The notes under the pieces are model-generated. The model saw nothing but the letters and a program-made list of their open reading frames with translations, was not told where the DNA came from and made no database searches. DNA of 64,000 nucleotides from a virus, in IMG/VR virus record IMGVR_UViG_3300024257_000005, positions 1 to 64,000 of that record; one strand, 5' to 3'. Position 1 is the stretch's first letter. Each line of letters begins with the position of its first letter. Positions 1 through 10,967 of the stretch are shown in pieces. The position numbers and the translations under genes are program-made.

Positions 1-246
1 ATGAATGAGGGTGGCAAACACCAGGGCAAGAAAAATGGTCATGTCCCAAGTAAATACGAGACAATGACATATAAACAATTGGATAGATCGCTTTCAAAAA
101 TACAAGAGAGCCTCGGGTATACAATTCTTTATGAAAATCAAAAAGATGTTGAAAAACTATTGGATGCATATGTTTTTATTATTAATCACATGGTAGAAAA
201 AGCTCAAAAAGAATTAAATTCTAGTGGGACATATAAAGGGAAATAA
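1..246 (+). CDS. Hypothetical protein, probably the 3' part of a head-cargo protein (may begin upstream of the window)
   Basis: ORF ends TAA. Begins MNEGG, matching the LNEGG linker in 565..1440 (aatgagggtgg at 4-14 and 865-875). Confidence 0.5.
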   Translation: MNEGGKHQGKKNGHVPSKYETMTYKQLDRSLSKIQESLGYTILYENQKDVEKLLDAYVFIINHMVEKAQKELNSSGTYKGK

Positions 247-249
247 ATA

Positions 250-552
250 GTGAAGCTGAAGTTATTAATGGAAAAGGAAATGACGAACAAACAGCATATT
301 GCTGCCGTCAAAAAAGAGAGAGCTGCTGAAGCCAATTGAACAAAGAAATATCAGAAAATTTTTCTAGATATTACTGACGGTGAGGAAGTTTGAAGGGTTC
401 CTGGACTATCAGATGCTGAACAAACGTTTGTTAATTATACTGAAAATATCGTTAACCAAATGCAAAAATATGTCTCGTCATATGACATGCAATGAAACAT
501 CATACCCATTGAAGATAAAAAAGTCATTGAAAGATTAGCCAAAAAGCTATAA
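250..552 (+). CDS. Putative internal head protein, 100 aa, 3 TGA=Trp
   Basis: GTG start, MKLKLLMEKE N-terminus. Open to TAA 550-552 if TGA at 337, 391 and 493 is read through. Fills the gap between neighbouring genes. Confidence 0.7.
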
Positions 553-564
553 AAGGAATAAATA

Positions 565-1440
565 ATGAAACTGAAACAACTGATAACAGAAGCAACAAAC
601 GATCCCTTAAAGCAGATAATGTCTGATTGTAATAATTTTCTATACTATTATAAGAAAGACCACTGGCCAATGATGACAACAATGATGAAAAGAATTGACA
701 CAGATCTGCTTAAAAATAAAAAAGCTATTAATGCCATAGATAAAGATATAATAAAGAAATGGATAGGCTTATTAGACGGTGGTAAAATGGGGCTTTATGA
801 GGTTGGAAAATTTTGTAGATGGTTTAAGAAAAACTATAAGGATAAAATTTCTGAAGGAACTCTCAATGAGGGTGGATATTTATCAGCAAAGACAGTAAAA
901 GGACCGGCATCAAAAGTTAAGAAATATGTAAAAGATTTGATCGATACTGCTAAAAAAGATCACGGTCCTGATGCACATTATACTGGCGATTGAGATTCTG
1001 TTACTGGTATAAATATAATTAATAAAATGTTCAAAACAAAAGATGAAGCATTTGGTTATATTGAAGATAATGCTAACAAATGAGATAATGCTATTGCTGT
1101 TCAATTTGGCAAGAAGGGACAGTGAGCCATTGGTGCATTATTGTCTGAAGGAACTCTCACTGAAAAAGTTCGCCCTGGTGAACATATGGAATTGAATCGA
1201 GCCGATAGAAAGAAAATGAAAACTCGTGGTCATATGTCTGACAAAGAAGTAAAGGGAACATTTACACTAGTAGGTAGACCACAATTTGGAGCCGTTTCGG
1301 TTCGTTCGGATGTAACAAGAAAACTATATAAAAATTTATCAGGTGACATGTTTAATCCTGCACATATAAGGAATTACCTAGACACAGAGCTTGCAGGCAC
1401 AAAATTCGGCAAAAAAGAATTAGGTCGATTTGACTATTAG
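565..1440 (+). CDS. Putative modular internal head protein, 291 aa, 3 TGA=Trp
   Basis: ORFs 565..993 and 1141..1440 are in frame and join through TGA at 991, 1081 and 1123. MKLKQLITE start and repeated SEGTLxE linkers. Confidence 0.7.
850..1159 (+). repeat. 16-bp direct repeat tctgaaggaactctca (850-865 and 1144-1159) encoding SEGTL linkers
   Basis: Exact repeat seen in the sequence. Confidence 0.85.
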
Positions 1441-1451
1441 GAGATAAATAG

Positions 1452-2615
1452 ATGGCAACAACACTAGGATATTTAATAAATACTACAGGGTCTGCTCCAG
1501 CAGTATCTGAATCAACGTCGTTTGGTATTTATGACAACGATGTAACATTTCAGCTTGAAGCACCTCAAACGGCAAAGTGAGTTGCATTCAGACTGGGTGG
1601 AGTTCTTATGCAAGTTGAGCTAACATTTCCAGAAGTATATAATGCTTTTGAAGAAGCCGTCAGTGAGTATTCAACATTGGTTAATAATTCACAGATCAAA
1701 GATTGATTGCTTAACTTCAAAGGATTCACAACTGGATCTGATTTAACTAACACAAATCCACTAGCTTCATATGAGTATCAAAAGAGATATTCAGACAATA
1801 TCATTGGTAGTGAAGTTGGTGTTGGTGGAGTATATGATTGGAAGACCGGTTCAATCGATCTTGTAGCAGATCAACAGTATTATGATGTTCAAGCATTGTG
1901 AGGTTCTGCTTCAGAATCAAATCAAAGACTTGAGCTTAAAGAAATTTGGCACTATCGACAGCCTGCTATTCAAAGAGGAAGAGCATATGGATCCGGACAG
2001 GCAATGATTAATTCAGAATTTGCAGGAATGGGATCTGTTGCCGGAACCGCTGGGACACAATATTTAGTTTATCCACTATATTCAGATATTTTAAGAGCAC
2101 AGGCAGTAGAGCTGTCTGATATGATCCGTAAGTCAGGATATTCTCATGAAGTTATCAATAATGTATTACGATTGACACCCACTCCTACTGAAGCAATAAA
2201 ACTTTTCTTTAGATATCGAATAAACTTTGATCCATTTACTGATGATGATAGATCGTCGCAAACAGACAGTGTTATTTCTAGTCCTGCTGACATTCCATAT
2301 TCATTCTTACCGTATACATCAATCAACTCTCCTGGAAAACAATGAATTAGAAAATATACACTAGCAATTTGTAAGGAAATGCTTGCAAGGAACAGATCAA
2401 AATTTACCTCTATTAATATTCCTGAAAATGAGGTGACTCTCGATGGCGATGCATTGCTAAGTGAAGGTCAGGCAGAGAAAGAAGCACTGATTGAGCAATT
2501 TAAAGAATTCTTAGAAGGTGTGAGCAATGAAAAATTAATGGAATCTGAAGCATTACTTCAGGAACATATGGAAAATCAATTTAAGCACATACCAATGCTT
2601 CCAAGAATAGGATAA
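1452..2615 (+). CDS. Neck/head-completion protein (T4 gp13-like), 387 aa, 4 TGA=Trp
   Basis: One frame with TGA at 1578, 1704, 1899 and 2343. Readthrough gives AK[W]VAFRLG and KQ[W]IRKYTLAICKEML...RSKF, the gp13-type C-terminal motif. Confidence 0.8.
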
Positions 2616-2619
2616 CAAT

Positions 2620-3123
2620 ATGAAATTAAGAGATCTACTATTAGAGGTCAAAGTGCCTTATTTGAAAACCGAAAAACAGGCTCGAGAATTTATCAAAAGA
2701 TTGAAACCAAATGATAAAGTTAGCGATGATGTTACTGCCATGGAGACTGGCAAGGTGTTTATGAAAAAGGGCGATAGCAAAAAGGATTTGAAAGATGCCA
2801 TTGTTAAAGAATTCAAAGGAAAAGCATCGAACGAAAATGATATGAAGAAGTTCTATAAAATTAAAATAGAACCTTTTGATAAAAACATGTCGGCAAGTGA
2901 GAAGAAATCATATGAGAAAGCAGAAGCTGATTTATATGCCAAAGTGCCTTTAGAGATTGAGCGGAAAGATGGAAAACCTTTCACAAAGAACGATCAAAAA
3001 GTTTTAGAAGACTATGGTAAATGGTGGACTAAAGAATTGGCTCACTTTGGATTTAGAGGATGGGAATTCTTTGGATCATTCAAGAATAATAAAGTGGCAC
3101 ATGGATCACCAATCTTCTATTAG
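2620..3123 (+). CDS. Putative internal head protein
   Basis: MKLRDLLLE N-terminus like 250 and 565. Lys-rich and located in the head/neck block. Confidence 0.5.
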   Translation: MKLRDLLLEVKVPYLKTEKQAREFIKRLKPNDKVSDDVTAMETGKVFMKKGDSKKDLKDAIVKEFKGKASNENDMKKFYKIKIEPFDKNMSASEKKSYEKAEADLYAKVPLEIERKDGKPFTKNDQKVLEDYGKWWTKELAHFGFRGWEFFGSFKNNKVAHGSPIFY

Positions 3124-3132
3124 GAGTAATTA

Positions 3133-3600
3133 ATGACAATATATTTTTCAGATAAAGAAAAAGCATTTTTCAATTCAATCAATGAAGAACTTATAGAAGA
3201 TGTTGTTAAGCAGTTCATCGTTGTGTACAAAATTAGTGCAGCGGCTACAAGCACTGGTATCTATGGTTCGAGCTCAAATAAAACATTTGAACCAGGGATA
3301 AAGATATGATCATTGATTACTATTCTAGATCCAGAAGTAACTGTTGAGCCGGCTGCAGGAATCAAACAGAAAAGGCGTCTTGAAGTCACGATTCAAAAGA
3401 AACACCTACTAGATAATAGCTTTTATTTTGACGAAGGTGATTACTTACATTGGGATAGTCAGTATTTTGAAATACAAACAATAGTAAAACCTCAGTTTAT
3501 CCAAGGACAGCCTGATCACAATTGGCATGTCAAGCTTACTGCAGAATCTGCTGGTGTTTCAGAAATAACAATTGAAGATAGGGATAAATACGATGCCTAG
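3133..3600 (+). CDS. Neck/head-closure protein (T4 gp14-like), 155 aa, 1 TGA=Trp
   Basis: AGGAG RBS and ATG 3133, TGA at 3307. Motifs TGIYGSSSNKTF and EGDYLHWDSQYFEI. Lies after the gp13-like gene. Confidence 0.65.
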
Positions 3601-4312
3601 ACAAGAGCAACAAAAGATATTAAATAGTGATCTACCTATTATCCAACAACAATTAGAATCTGTTGATGTGGCACTGTTGAATCATTTCAATGAGACACTT
3701 CAGCTATTTGCTGTTGAAAATAACCGAAAGGTCAGTCTTGTAACAACCATAGCACAGGCCGAACGGTGATTTCAAAAGAAACGCCAAAGAGAAAAGCGAG
3801 ACGATAAGACTGAAACTATCTATCCTGTAGCCTCATTAAGACGAGGATCAATTACTCCCAATAATGACATGTTTGTTTATAACAAAAATCAGAGTACTAT
3901 GATACCTGTTTCAAAAAGATTATCAGCTGAAAATAGCTATAAAGATAAGCCTGCTGGAACTGAAATCTATGAAGTTAAGCTTGTCTCACCTCCTGTTGCA
4001 GTTGATATCGATTATGAATTTACACTTCAAACAAAATATATGGAAACTAGTAACTCAATCATTGAGCAGATTATTGTCTATCATGGTAAGCAAGACATAG
4101 TCACTAAGGACGGTTTTACATTGCGAATGAATATTGATAGCTTTTCAGACAATTCAAACCTTGATGAAATTGCCACAGACAATATGCTATTTGAACATGT
4201 AGCATCATTCACTATTTCTTGCCTGTTATCTCTAAATATCAAGAGCAACATTGTAAATGTGAAAAAAGTTCGTACTCCAGCTAAATTTTCCTTCAGTGAA
4301 AAATTCGTATAA
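3593..4312 (+). CDS. Tail terminator/sheath stabiliser (T4 gp15-like), 239 aa, 1 TGA=Trp
   Basis: TGA at 3767 gives AER[W]F. PVAVDIDYEFTLQTKY motif. Immediately precedes the sheath gene. Confidence 0.65.
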
Positions 4313-4365
4313 ATATACACCCTCAAAAATAAATGTGCGGTAACCGCCTTTTGCCTTTTTTCTTT

Positions 4366-4374
4366 TATATTTAT
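4366..4374 (+). promoter_or_regulatory. TATATTTAT putative late-promoter motif
   Basis: Same 9-mer recurs in intergenic DNA at 6670, 7293, 16248, 26047, 41533, 44106 and 52014 (TATATTTAA at 54626). Confidence 0.55.
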
Positions 4375-4416
4375 AATTATATTATAAAATTTTAAACTTT
4401 ATTAGGAGAAAAACAA

Positions 4417-6666
4417 ATGGCTAGTGAAAAAATTATATCTGCTGGCGTGTTCACCCAAGAAAATGATTTATCATTTTTCAGTAGAGGCCTTTCAGAGATT
4501 GGCGCTGCTGTAATTGGATGGACTAAAAGCGGACCTGCATTTCAACCAACTATTGTTGAAAGCTATGATGAATTCACACAAGTATTTGGCGGGAAAAACG
4601 AAGAATTATTTACACCATATTTGGCTGACGAATATTTAAGAAATTCTGGAAAACTTACCGTTACAAGAGTACTTGGTGGTGGAACATTTTCATACACAAC
4701 AGTTGGCGAATTAAGTTCTGGTAGCATACTTCATGCAGTTATCAGACCTACTGCTTCAGCTTCTGGAGACTTCATAATTGATGTCACTGGATCAACATCT
4801 GAAGTATCAATGTCGGCTTTCGACTTACACTTAAGTTGCTCAGCAGACGAAACAACATATACAAGCGTATCAATGAATCCTTCAGACTCAAACTTTGTTG
4901 GAAAAATCATTGGTGAAAATCCTAGAGGACCTGGATATTTCTACCTTGATACATATTTCAAAACTCAGATCTCAGCTTCAATTGCTATTGGTGCATTAAT
5001 GCCAACAGGATCTGTTTCAAGCTCAACTTCAGCGATTATTACAACTACAGGTTATTCGCACGGAACATCTCCAACTATAATTTCACAAACATTCGGCTCT
5101 ACAAATCATGAGTTATTCAACTTCCATATGTTATCAGACGGAACTGAATCTAATCAATTGATCAAAGCTGGTGTTTTTGCTGTTAAAGCAAGTGGTTCTG
5201 TACCAGGGTCAGACTATGGCTCATTTGGTGTAGTTATCCGTAAGTACTCAGATAATGATGCAAATCCTGTTATCTTAGAAACATACAACAACCTAACACT
5301 TGATCCAGATTCACCAAATTACATTGCACGGAGAATTGGAGATCAATCGGTCACAACAGCAGCAACTGGTAAGAAAACAGTTAATGGCGACTTCCAGAAT
5401 ATTTCTAAATACGTTAGAGTATCTATGGTGGTTGCATCTTATCCAAAAGATGCTGTTCCATTTGGATTTAAGAATTATAAGAAATATAATTCAACAGCTC
5501 CAGATGCAGTCTATGCATTATCACAATCATATGATTCAGATTATAATTCTCGTGCTTACTACGGAATTGATTTTGAAGATGATGATGTGAAAAACTTCAA
5601 CGATGCACTGCCTACAACAAAAGCAAACAACTCGTCAAATTTCTTGCTGAGCAATTGCATTGGCTATGCTTCAGGTGTTTACACAGGTGCAATTTCATTA
5701 ACATCTGCAATCGGTACTAAACAATTCATGTTTGGTTTCCAAGATGGATTTGATGGATTTGATCCACGTAAGCCAATTAGTGAAGATCGAACATTTACAC
5801 TAGCAACCACTTCTGGCTCTGTTGAGTTTAAGAAAGCGCTTGATTCTACAAAGAGTCAGGATGAATATGATTTCAATATGCTTATCGTACCAGATTTAGA
5901 ATATGGAAATTCATCATACGTAATTAAACAAGCACTTAGTGTTTGTGAATCTCGTGGTGATTGTTTCCTACTTATGGATCTAGGTGGAAAAACAACTTCA
6001 CGTGATACATATATTACACGTACACAAGCGATCGATAGCTCTTATGCTGCTACATATTACCCATGGGTGCAAATCGGCGATGATGAAAATAGCAAACCAG
6101 TTTGAGTTCCACCTTCAGTTGTTATGGCAGGAATAATTGCCTACACAGATAAAGTATCTCATGAGTGGTATGCGCCAGCCGGCATCAACCGTGGTGGTTT
6201 AACACGAGTTATTAGAGCGTATGATCGTCTTGATAGAGATGATAGAGACGCACTTTATGAATCTCGAATCAATCCAATTGCAACATTTCCAGATACTGGT
6301 GTTGTTGCTTGGGGGCAGAAAACATTGCAAGTCAAAGCTTCGGCTCTTGATAGAATCAATGTAAGACGTCTATTAATCAAAATCAAGAAGACAGTTGCAT
6401 CTTCAACAAAATACTTACTATTCGAGCAGAGTGACGAAGCTCTATGGTCTAAGTTTAAAAATATTGTTAATCCTGTATTGACTGGAATTTTGGCTAACGC
6501 TGGAATCTCTGAGTTCAAGGTAGTTATGGATGAAACAAATAATACTCCAGATGTAATTGATAGAAATGAAGTAAAAGGTGAGATTTTTATTAAGCCTAAG
6601 AAATCTGCAGAGTTCATCCTGTTAGACTTCAACATAATGGCGCAATCAGCGACATTTAATAACTAG
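4417..6666 (+). CDS. Contractile tail sheath protein (gp18-like), 749 aa, 1 TGA=Trp
   Basis: SAGVFTQENDLS N-terminus. YYPWV...PV[W]VPPS through TGA 6103, then WYAPAGINRG, WGQKTLQ, RINVRRLL. Confidence 0.95.
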
Positions 6667-6716
6667 GAATATATTTATTAATATATGCTTAATATGAATT
6701 TTATAAGGAGAATATA

Positions 6717-7229
6717 ATGGCAAACGAAGACTTATTAAACCCAGGAAAATGGTCTGATAATCTGCAGCCAATGAGACAAGATAACTGGTTCTTAGAGTTT
6801 CCAGATGTAAATGGAAATCAAATTCCTGCTTATACATGTATGAGCGCTGGAAGACCAAAATTGTCAAATGAAGAAGTTGAAATTCCTTTCATGAATAACA
6901 CCGCTTATTTCAAAGGCAAATCAAAATGGGAAACGCTAGACATTGTTCTACGCACACCTATTTCAGAAGCCCTTGCTTTAAGAGTCATGGAATGGATCAT
7001 GCTTCACCACGATGCTGAATCAGGTGTTGACGGTTATAAGAGTGAATATGCAAAAGATATCACTTTGAAACTAACATCGCCTTTAGGAACAACCATTGAA
7101 TCATGGAGATTGCACCAATGTTGGATCACCAATAGTGATTTTGGTAGTTTAGATATGAGTTCGGCTGACGCTGTAGAAATTAGCTTAACACTAAGATTTG
7201 ATTACGCTGTGTTGGAATTATCACAGTAA
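6717..7229 (+). CDS. Tail tube protein (gp19-like)
   Basis: Follows the sheath gene. GKSKWETL, WRLHQCWITNSDFGSLD, ISLTLRFDYA. Confidence 0.9.
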   Translation: MANEDLLNPGKWSDNLQPMRQDNWFLEFPDVNGNQIPAYTCMSAGRPKLSNEEVEIPFMNNTAYFKGKSKWETLDIVLRTPISEALALRVMEWIMLHHDAESGVDGYKSEYAKDITLKLTSPLGTTIESWRLHQCWITNSDFGSLDMSSADAVEISLTLRFDYAVLELSQ

Positions 7230-7255
7230 GTCACTTCATATAGATCAAACAAATG

Positions 7256-7284
7256 AAAGCCTCTATTTATTTAGGGGCTTTTTT
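7256..7284 (+). terminator. Rho-independent terminator
   Basis: aaagcctcta/taggggcttt stem followed by a T-run, downstream of the tube gene. Confidence 0.7.
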
Positions 7285-7327
7285 ATTAGAGATATATTTA
7301 TTACTATAACGAAAACTGGAGGTGTTT

Positions 7328-8128
7328 ATGACACAAGAAGTAAAAAATAAGACATTTTTTGTTGATCTTCCGAGTGAAGGAAGAGCATATCCTCAAGAAA
7401 GTCCTTTGTATGAAGGTACTGTTGAGTTACGATATGGAAGTTCTGGGGATGAAAATATCCTATTGAACCAGCATTATATTGTCAGAGGCGAAGTGTTCGA
7501 CAGACTACTTGAGCAGCTATTAGTAAATAAATCTATTGATATTGCTGATCTTTTAGTCGGAGATAAAAATGCCTTAGTAATTGCAACAAGACAAGCCATG
7601 TATGGAAACACGTATCCGATTAAATTGAAATGCCCTAAATGTGGTGAAGAGATAAACGACTCTTTTGATTTAACTCATTTACACAAATTCAAGTTTCCTG
7701 AAGATGAAGATTTCAATCCCAAACAACTGACATATACATCTGAAGCTGGAAATGTTTGAGGATTCAGGCTGCTTACAGAGGCAGATATCAAAGATCTTTC
7801 ACAGATAGCAAGGAAGATGAAAAAATTAAACATTAGTAGAGATGGACAGGTCACTGTTACGGCAAGAGCCGAACGGCAGCTATTGTCTGTTAATGATATA
7901 ACTGATGTTAACAAAACGGTAGAGTTCTTTAGAGGAATCTCTTCAATAGAGTCACAGGAGCTGAGAAATGCTATATTAGATATGACGCCAGACATCGACC
8001 TAAGTGTTGATTTTACATGTGACAACCTCATGTGTGGATATTCTGACTATATTGATATTGAGCTTAACTCAGACTTTTTTTGGCCAAAGGGCAGATCACG
8101 AACAAAACGTTCTAGAGGAAGTGTTTAA
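7328..8128 (+). CDS. Baseplate hub assembly/tail assembly chaperone (T4 gp26-like), 266 aa, 1 TGA=Trp
   Basis: VDLPSEGRAY, LLVGDKNALVIATR, CPKCG. TGA at 7757 joins the two ORFs. C-terminal DFFWP. Confidence 0.75.
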
Positions 8129-8255
8129 TCTAGTATATTATGGTGGCTTTGGATTTTCAGAAGTTTGAAATATGCCAGTTCCTATGAAGAAGTTTTTCAC
8201 ACGAAAACTAATAGAAGCTAAAAAGGCGGAGAAGAAGTCATATGAGGAGAAATAA
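8073..8255 (+). CDS. Frameshift-extension ORF of the tail chaperone (T4 gp51/gpT-like), 1 TGA=Trp
   Basis: The +1 frame is open from the T7 run: TFFGQRADHEQNVLEEVFNLVYYGGFGFSEV[W]NMPVPMKKFF..., TGA at 8166, TAA at 8253. Confidence 0.6.
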
Positions 8256-8256
8256 A

Positions 8257-8496
8257 GTGGCACAACTAATTGTTGAAGGAAAGATGTTTGAGGGCATTTC
8301 CGACATAGCAAAAAGACTTGTCGGAGGTTTGTTTTCAGGGAAGATTAAGAAAGTGAAACTTGGTGATGATAAAACTGCAAAAGGTGCAGGCCAAGCTTTA
8401 AAAAATATTGGAGCAGAGCTTGATAAGCTTGATAAGATATTTGACGAGAACCCTGAGTATGAAGAATTGCTAATGAAAAAATTGCGTGAAATTTAA
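8257..8496 (+). CDS. Hypothetical protein in the tail module
   Basis: GAGGAG RBS and GTG 8257. Confidence 0.55.
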   Translation: MAQLIVEGKMFEGISDIAKRLVGGLFSGKIKKVKLGDDKTAKGAGQALKNIGAELDKLDKIFDENPEYEELLMKKLREI

Positions 8497-8518
8497 ATAA
8501 AAAATAAGTTGAAATAAT

Positions 8519-10966
8519 GTGGCTAGAGGTAAACAAGACACACCAAAAGATCCAAATGCAAGTCAGCGAGAGTTCCTTAGAGTTCAAGAAGAGATCTTAA
8601 AGAAAACAGGCTCGACGGAAAAGGTTCAGCGTAGATTTTCTAAATGGACTCAAGAGGTTAGCTCTTTTCAACAAGATATTCTGGGCACTGTTACAAATGA
8701 ATTAGACAAAAAGATAGAAATCATGAAGGTAACTAGACAGGTTGGAGAAACCCTAGCTACTAATTTTACACACAATCAAGAAATATTGGAAAGCTCTAGA
8801 GCCATCCTTGAAAACACTGACGACTATGTTAAGAGTCTTCAAGGGGCTTCAGATTTTGTCGATAGAGTAACAGGAAGTATTCCACTAATATCTGAAGCAA
8901 TGCAGCAATCTATGGCTGATACAGTTAAAAACTTTTTTGCTCCTCAAATAGAATGGTGGAACGACCTTCAGGCAAAAGCATTAAAAATTTGGAAGTCTTG
9001 GGGAATGGGTGCAAAAATGGGACTCGTTGCTGTAGCACTAGCATTTGTAGGTGTTTGGAAAATATTCAAAGAGCTAGATGAAGCACTAGAAGACTTTATG
9101 CATACTCTGGGAAGTACTAGAAAAGAAGCAAATCAATTAGAAGATATGGCTTTAAATACGTACACCAATTATGCAAAATATGGAGTTTCCCTAAGTGAAT
9201 CATTAGATATCACACAGGCTATTGTTGAAGAGCAAGGTCATATGGCTGACATATCACAAGAGCTTATTAGTCAGGCTGCAATAATGGCACAGGCATTTGG
9301 AATGTCATCAACTGAAGCAGCAATCTTGGTTGATCTACAAAAAGAGGCTCTTGGTCTTACAGATGCACAAATTATTAATAATGCTAAAATGGTTAAAGCT
9401 ACTGCTCAAATATACAATGTTGGTGCCGGTCGTGTTGCTAGAGATTTAGCAGATTCTGCAGAAGAGGTTGCTCTGTTCTCTGGAGCCGGTATGGAAAATC
9501 TTATAGAAAGTGCAGCATACGCAAGAAGACTTGGCGTCACATTTAAAGAAATTGCCACAATAGCTGAATCATTGTTAGACATAGAATCATCAACCAGTGC
9601 TGCAATGCAAGTACAGATGCTGACAGGAAGAACAATAAATTTAAGTCAGGCTAGAAGCATGGCATTGAATGGTGATATTCAGGGTGCTAATGAAAATATT
9701 TTAAATCAACTTGGTTCTCATGCAGAATTAAGTCAGGCTGATTATTTTACTAAAAAAGCCATCTCCGAATTATTAGGTACTGATGCAAAAACTTGGCTTT
9801 CAATGAAGAACGATCAAGAGCAGATTTTAAATATTTCAAAAGATACAAAAAAGATTTACGATTCATATCTAGGCGTTTCATTAGCTGAAGCATTAGATGT
9901 GAGCGAAACACTTGGCAGATTAGGGAAACTGAAAGCTCAGCTAACTTCAATATTCAAACCTATTCTCTTACCATTAGTTAAGGGATTCAACTTTTTTTTA
10001 GATGTACTAATCAATATAACTGATGCAATAAATAGGGCTCAAGATGGCTGGGGCGAATGGTCTAAAGGATTGGCTAATTCTGCAATATCTCTTGTTGGAA
10101 TCTCTGCTTCTATATTTGTTCTCTATAAAGGATTCAAGCTCATGTCTAAGTTGAGCATTTTTGGAAAGCTGGCTAAAGGAGCAGCATCTGGAGGTGGTCT
10201 AATAAGTAAAGGGCTTGGACTTGGAAAAGGAATGGCAGGAACAATGCTTAAGGGAGCGCTTGGATTAGCTGCATTAGGAGTTGCATTAATCCTTGTAGGA
10301 AAAGGTGTTCAAATGTTTGCCGATGTTGGTATCGATCAAGTTCTTGTAATGACAGCAGCATTAGTTGGTTTAGGTGTTGCTGGAGCACTACTTGGAACCG
10401 TGTCAGGACTGGCGATTGCTGGAGCTGTTGGATTAGCTGCACTTGGAGCTGCTTTATGAGTGGTTGGAAAAGGAATGCAACAATTGGCCAACGTTAATGC
10501 TGATCAACTTTCAGCAATGATTGTTCCATTATTAAAACTAGGAGCTGTAGGTGTTCTATTAGGAGCCTTTGCTCTTCCTGCATTATTAGGTGCTGCGGCT
10601 TTAGCGGCATTAGGAGTTGCACTTACTATTACTTCAATTGCTGCAGAAAGATTTTCCAAAGCAATCTTTTTAACTCCGGCAGAAGGAATTACCAGACTGG
10701 TCCAGATGCAAAAAGATATTGATATGTCGCACATGAAATCTGAATTGGAAAGTGTTGTTGATCCTATACGTGAGCTAAATAAGGAATTTTCAGAATTGAA
10801 TACAAACATTTTAAAGCTTAGTAAAATGAAAACCAAAGATATATTTGGTGGATCAAAGGGTGGAAGAAGCTCTCAAACAATAAGACAGCCTATTAAATTA
10901 GAAGTAAAACTAGATAAATATACTATTGCAAAAGCAATGGAAACTGTAATCTTAGAAGGAAATTAA
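8519..10966 (+). CDS. Tape measure protein, 815 aa, 1 TGA=Trp
   Basis: Long helical Ala/Gly/Leu-rich protein after the chaperone. TGA at 10457 joins two abutting in-frame ORFs; LGAAL[W]VVGKG parallels the internal repeat LGVALILVGKG. Confidence 0.85.
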
Positions 10967-10967
10967 A

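Noticed and set aside
4337-4362. gcgg-taa-ccgc hairpin with T-rich tail as a terminator before the sheath gene
   Set aside because: Only a 4-bp stem with a 3-nt loop, too weak to call.
1452-6666. TGA as selenocysteine or Gly (code 25)
   Set aside because: The motif contexts (PV-x-VPPS, KQ-x-IRKY, AER-x-F) call for Trp, and these are not redox proteins.
8242-8256. ATG 8242 as the start of the 8242..8496 ORF
   Set aside because: It overlaps the GAGGAG RBS and the end of the frameshift ORF; GTG 8257 is better placed.
10150-10640. Gly/Ala/Leu repeats as a separate repeat element or membrane protein
   Set aside because: These are ordinary internal repeats of the tape measure protein once TGA 10457 is read through.
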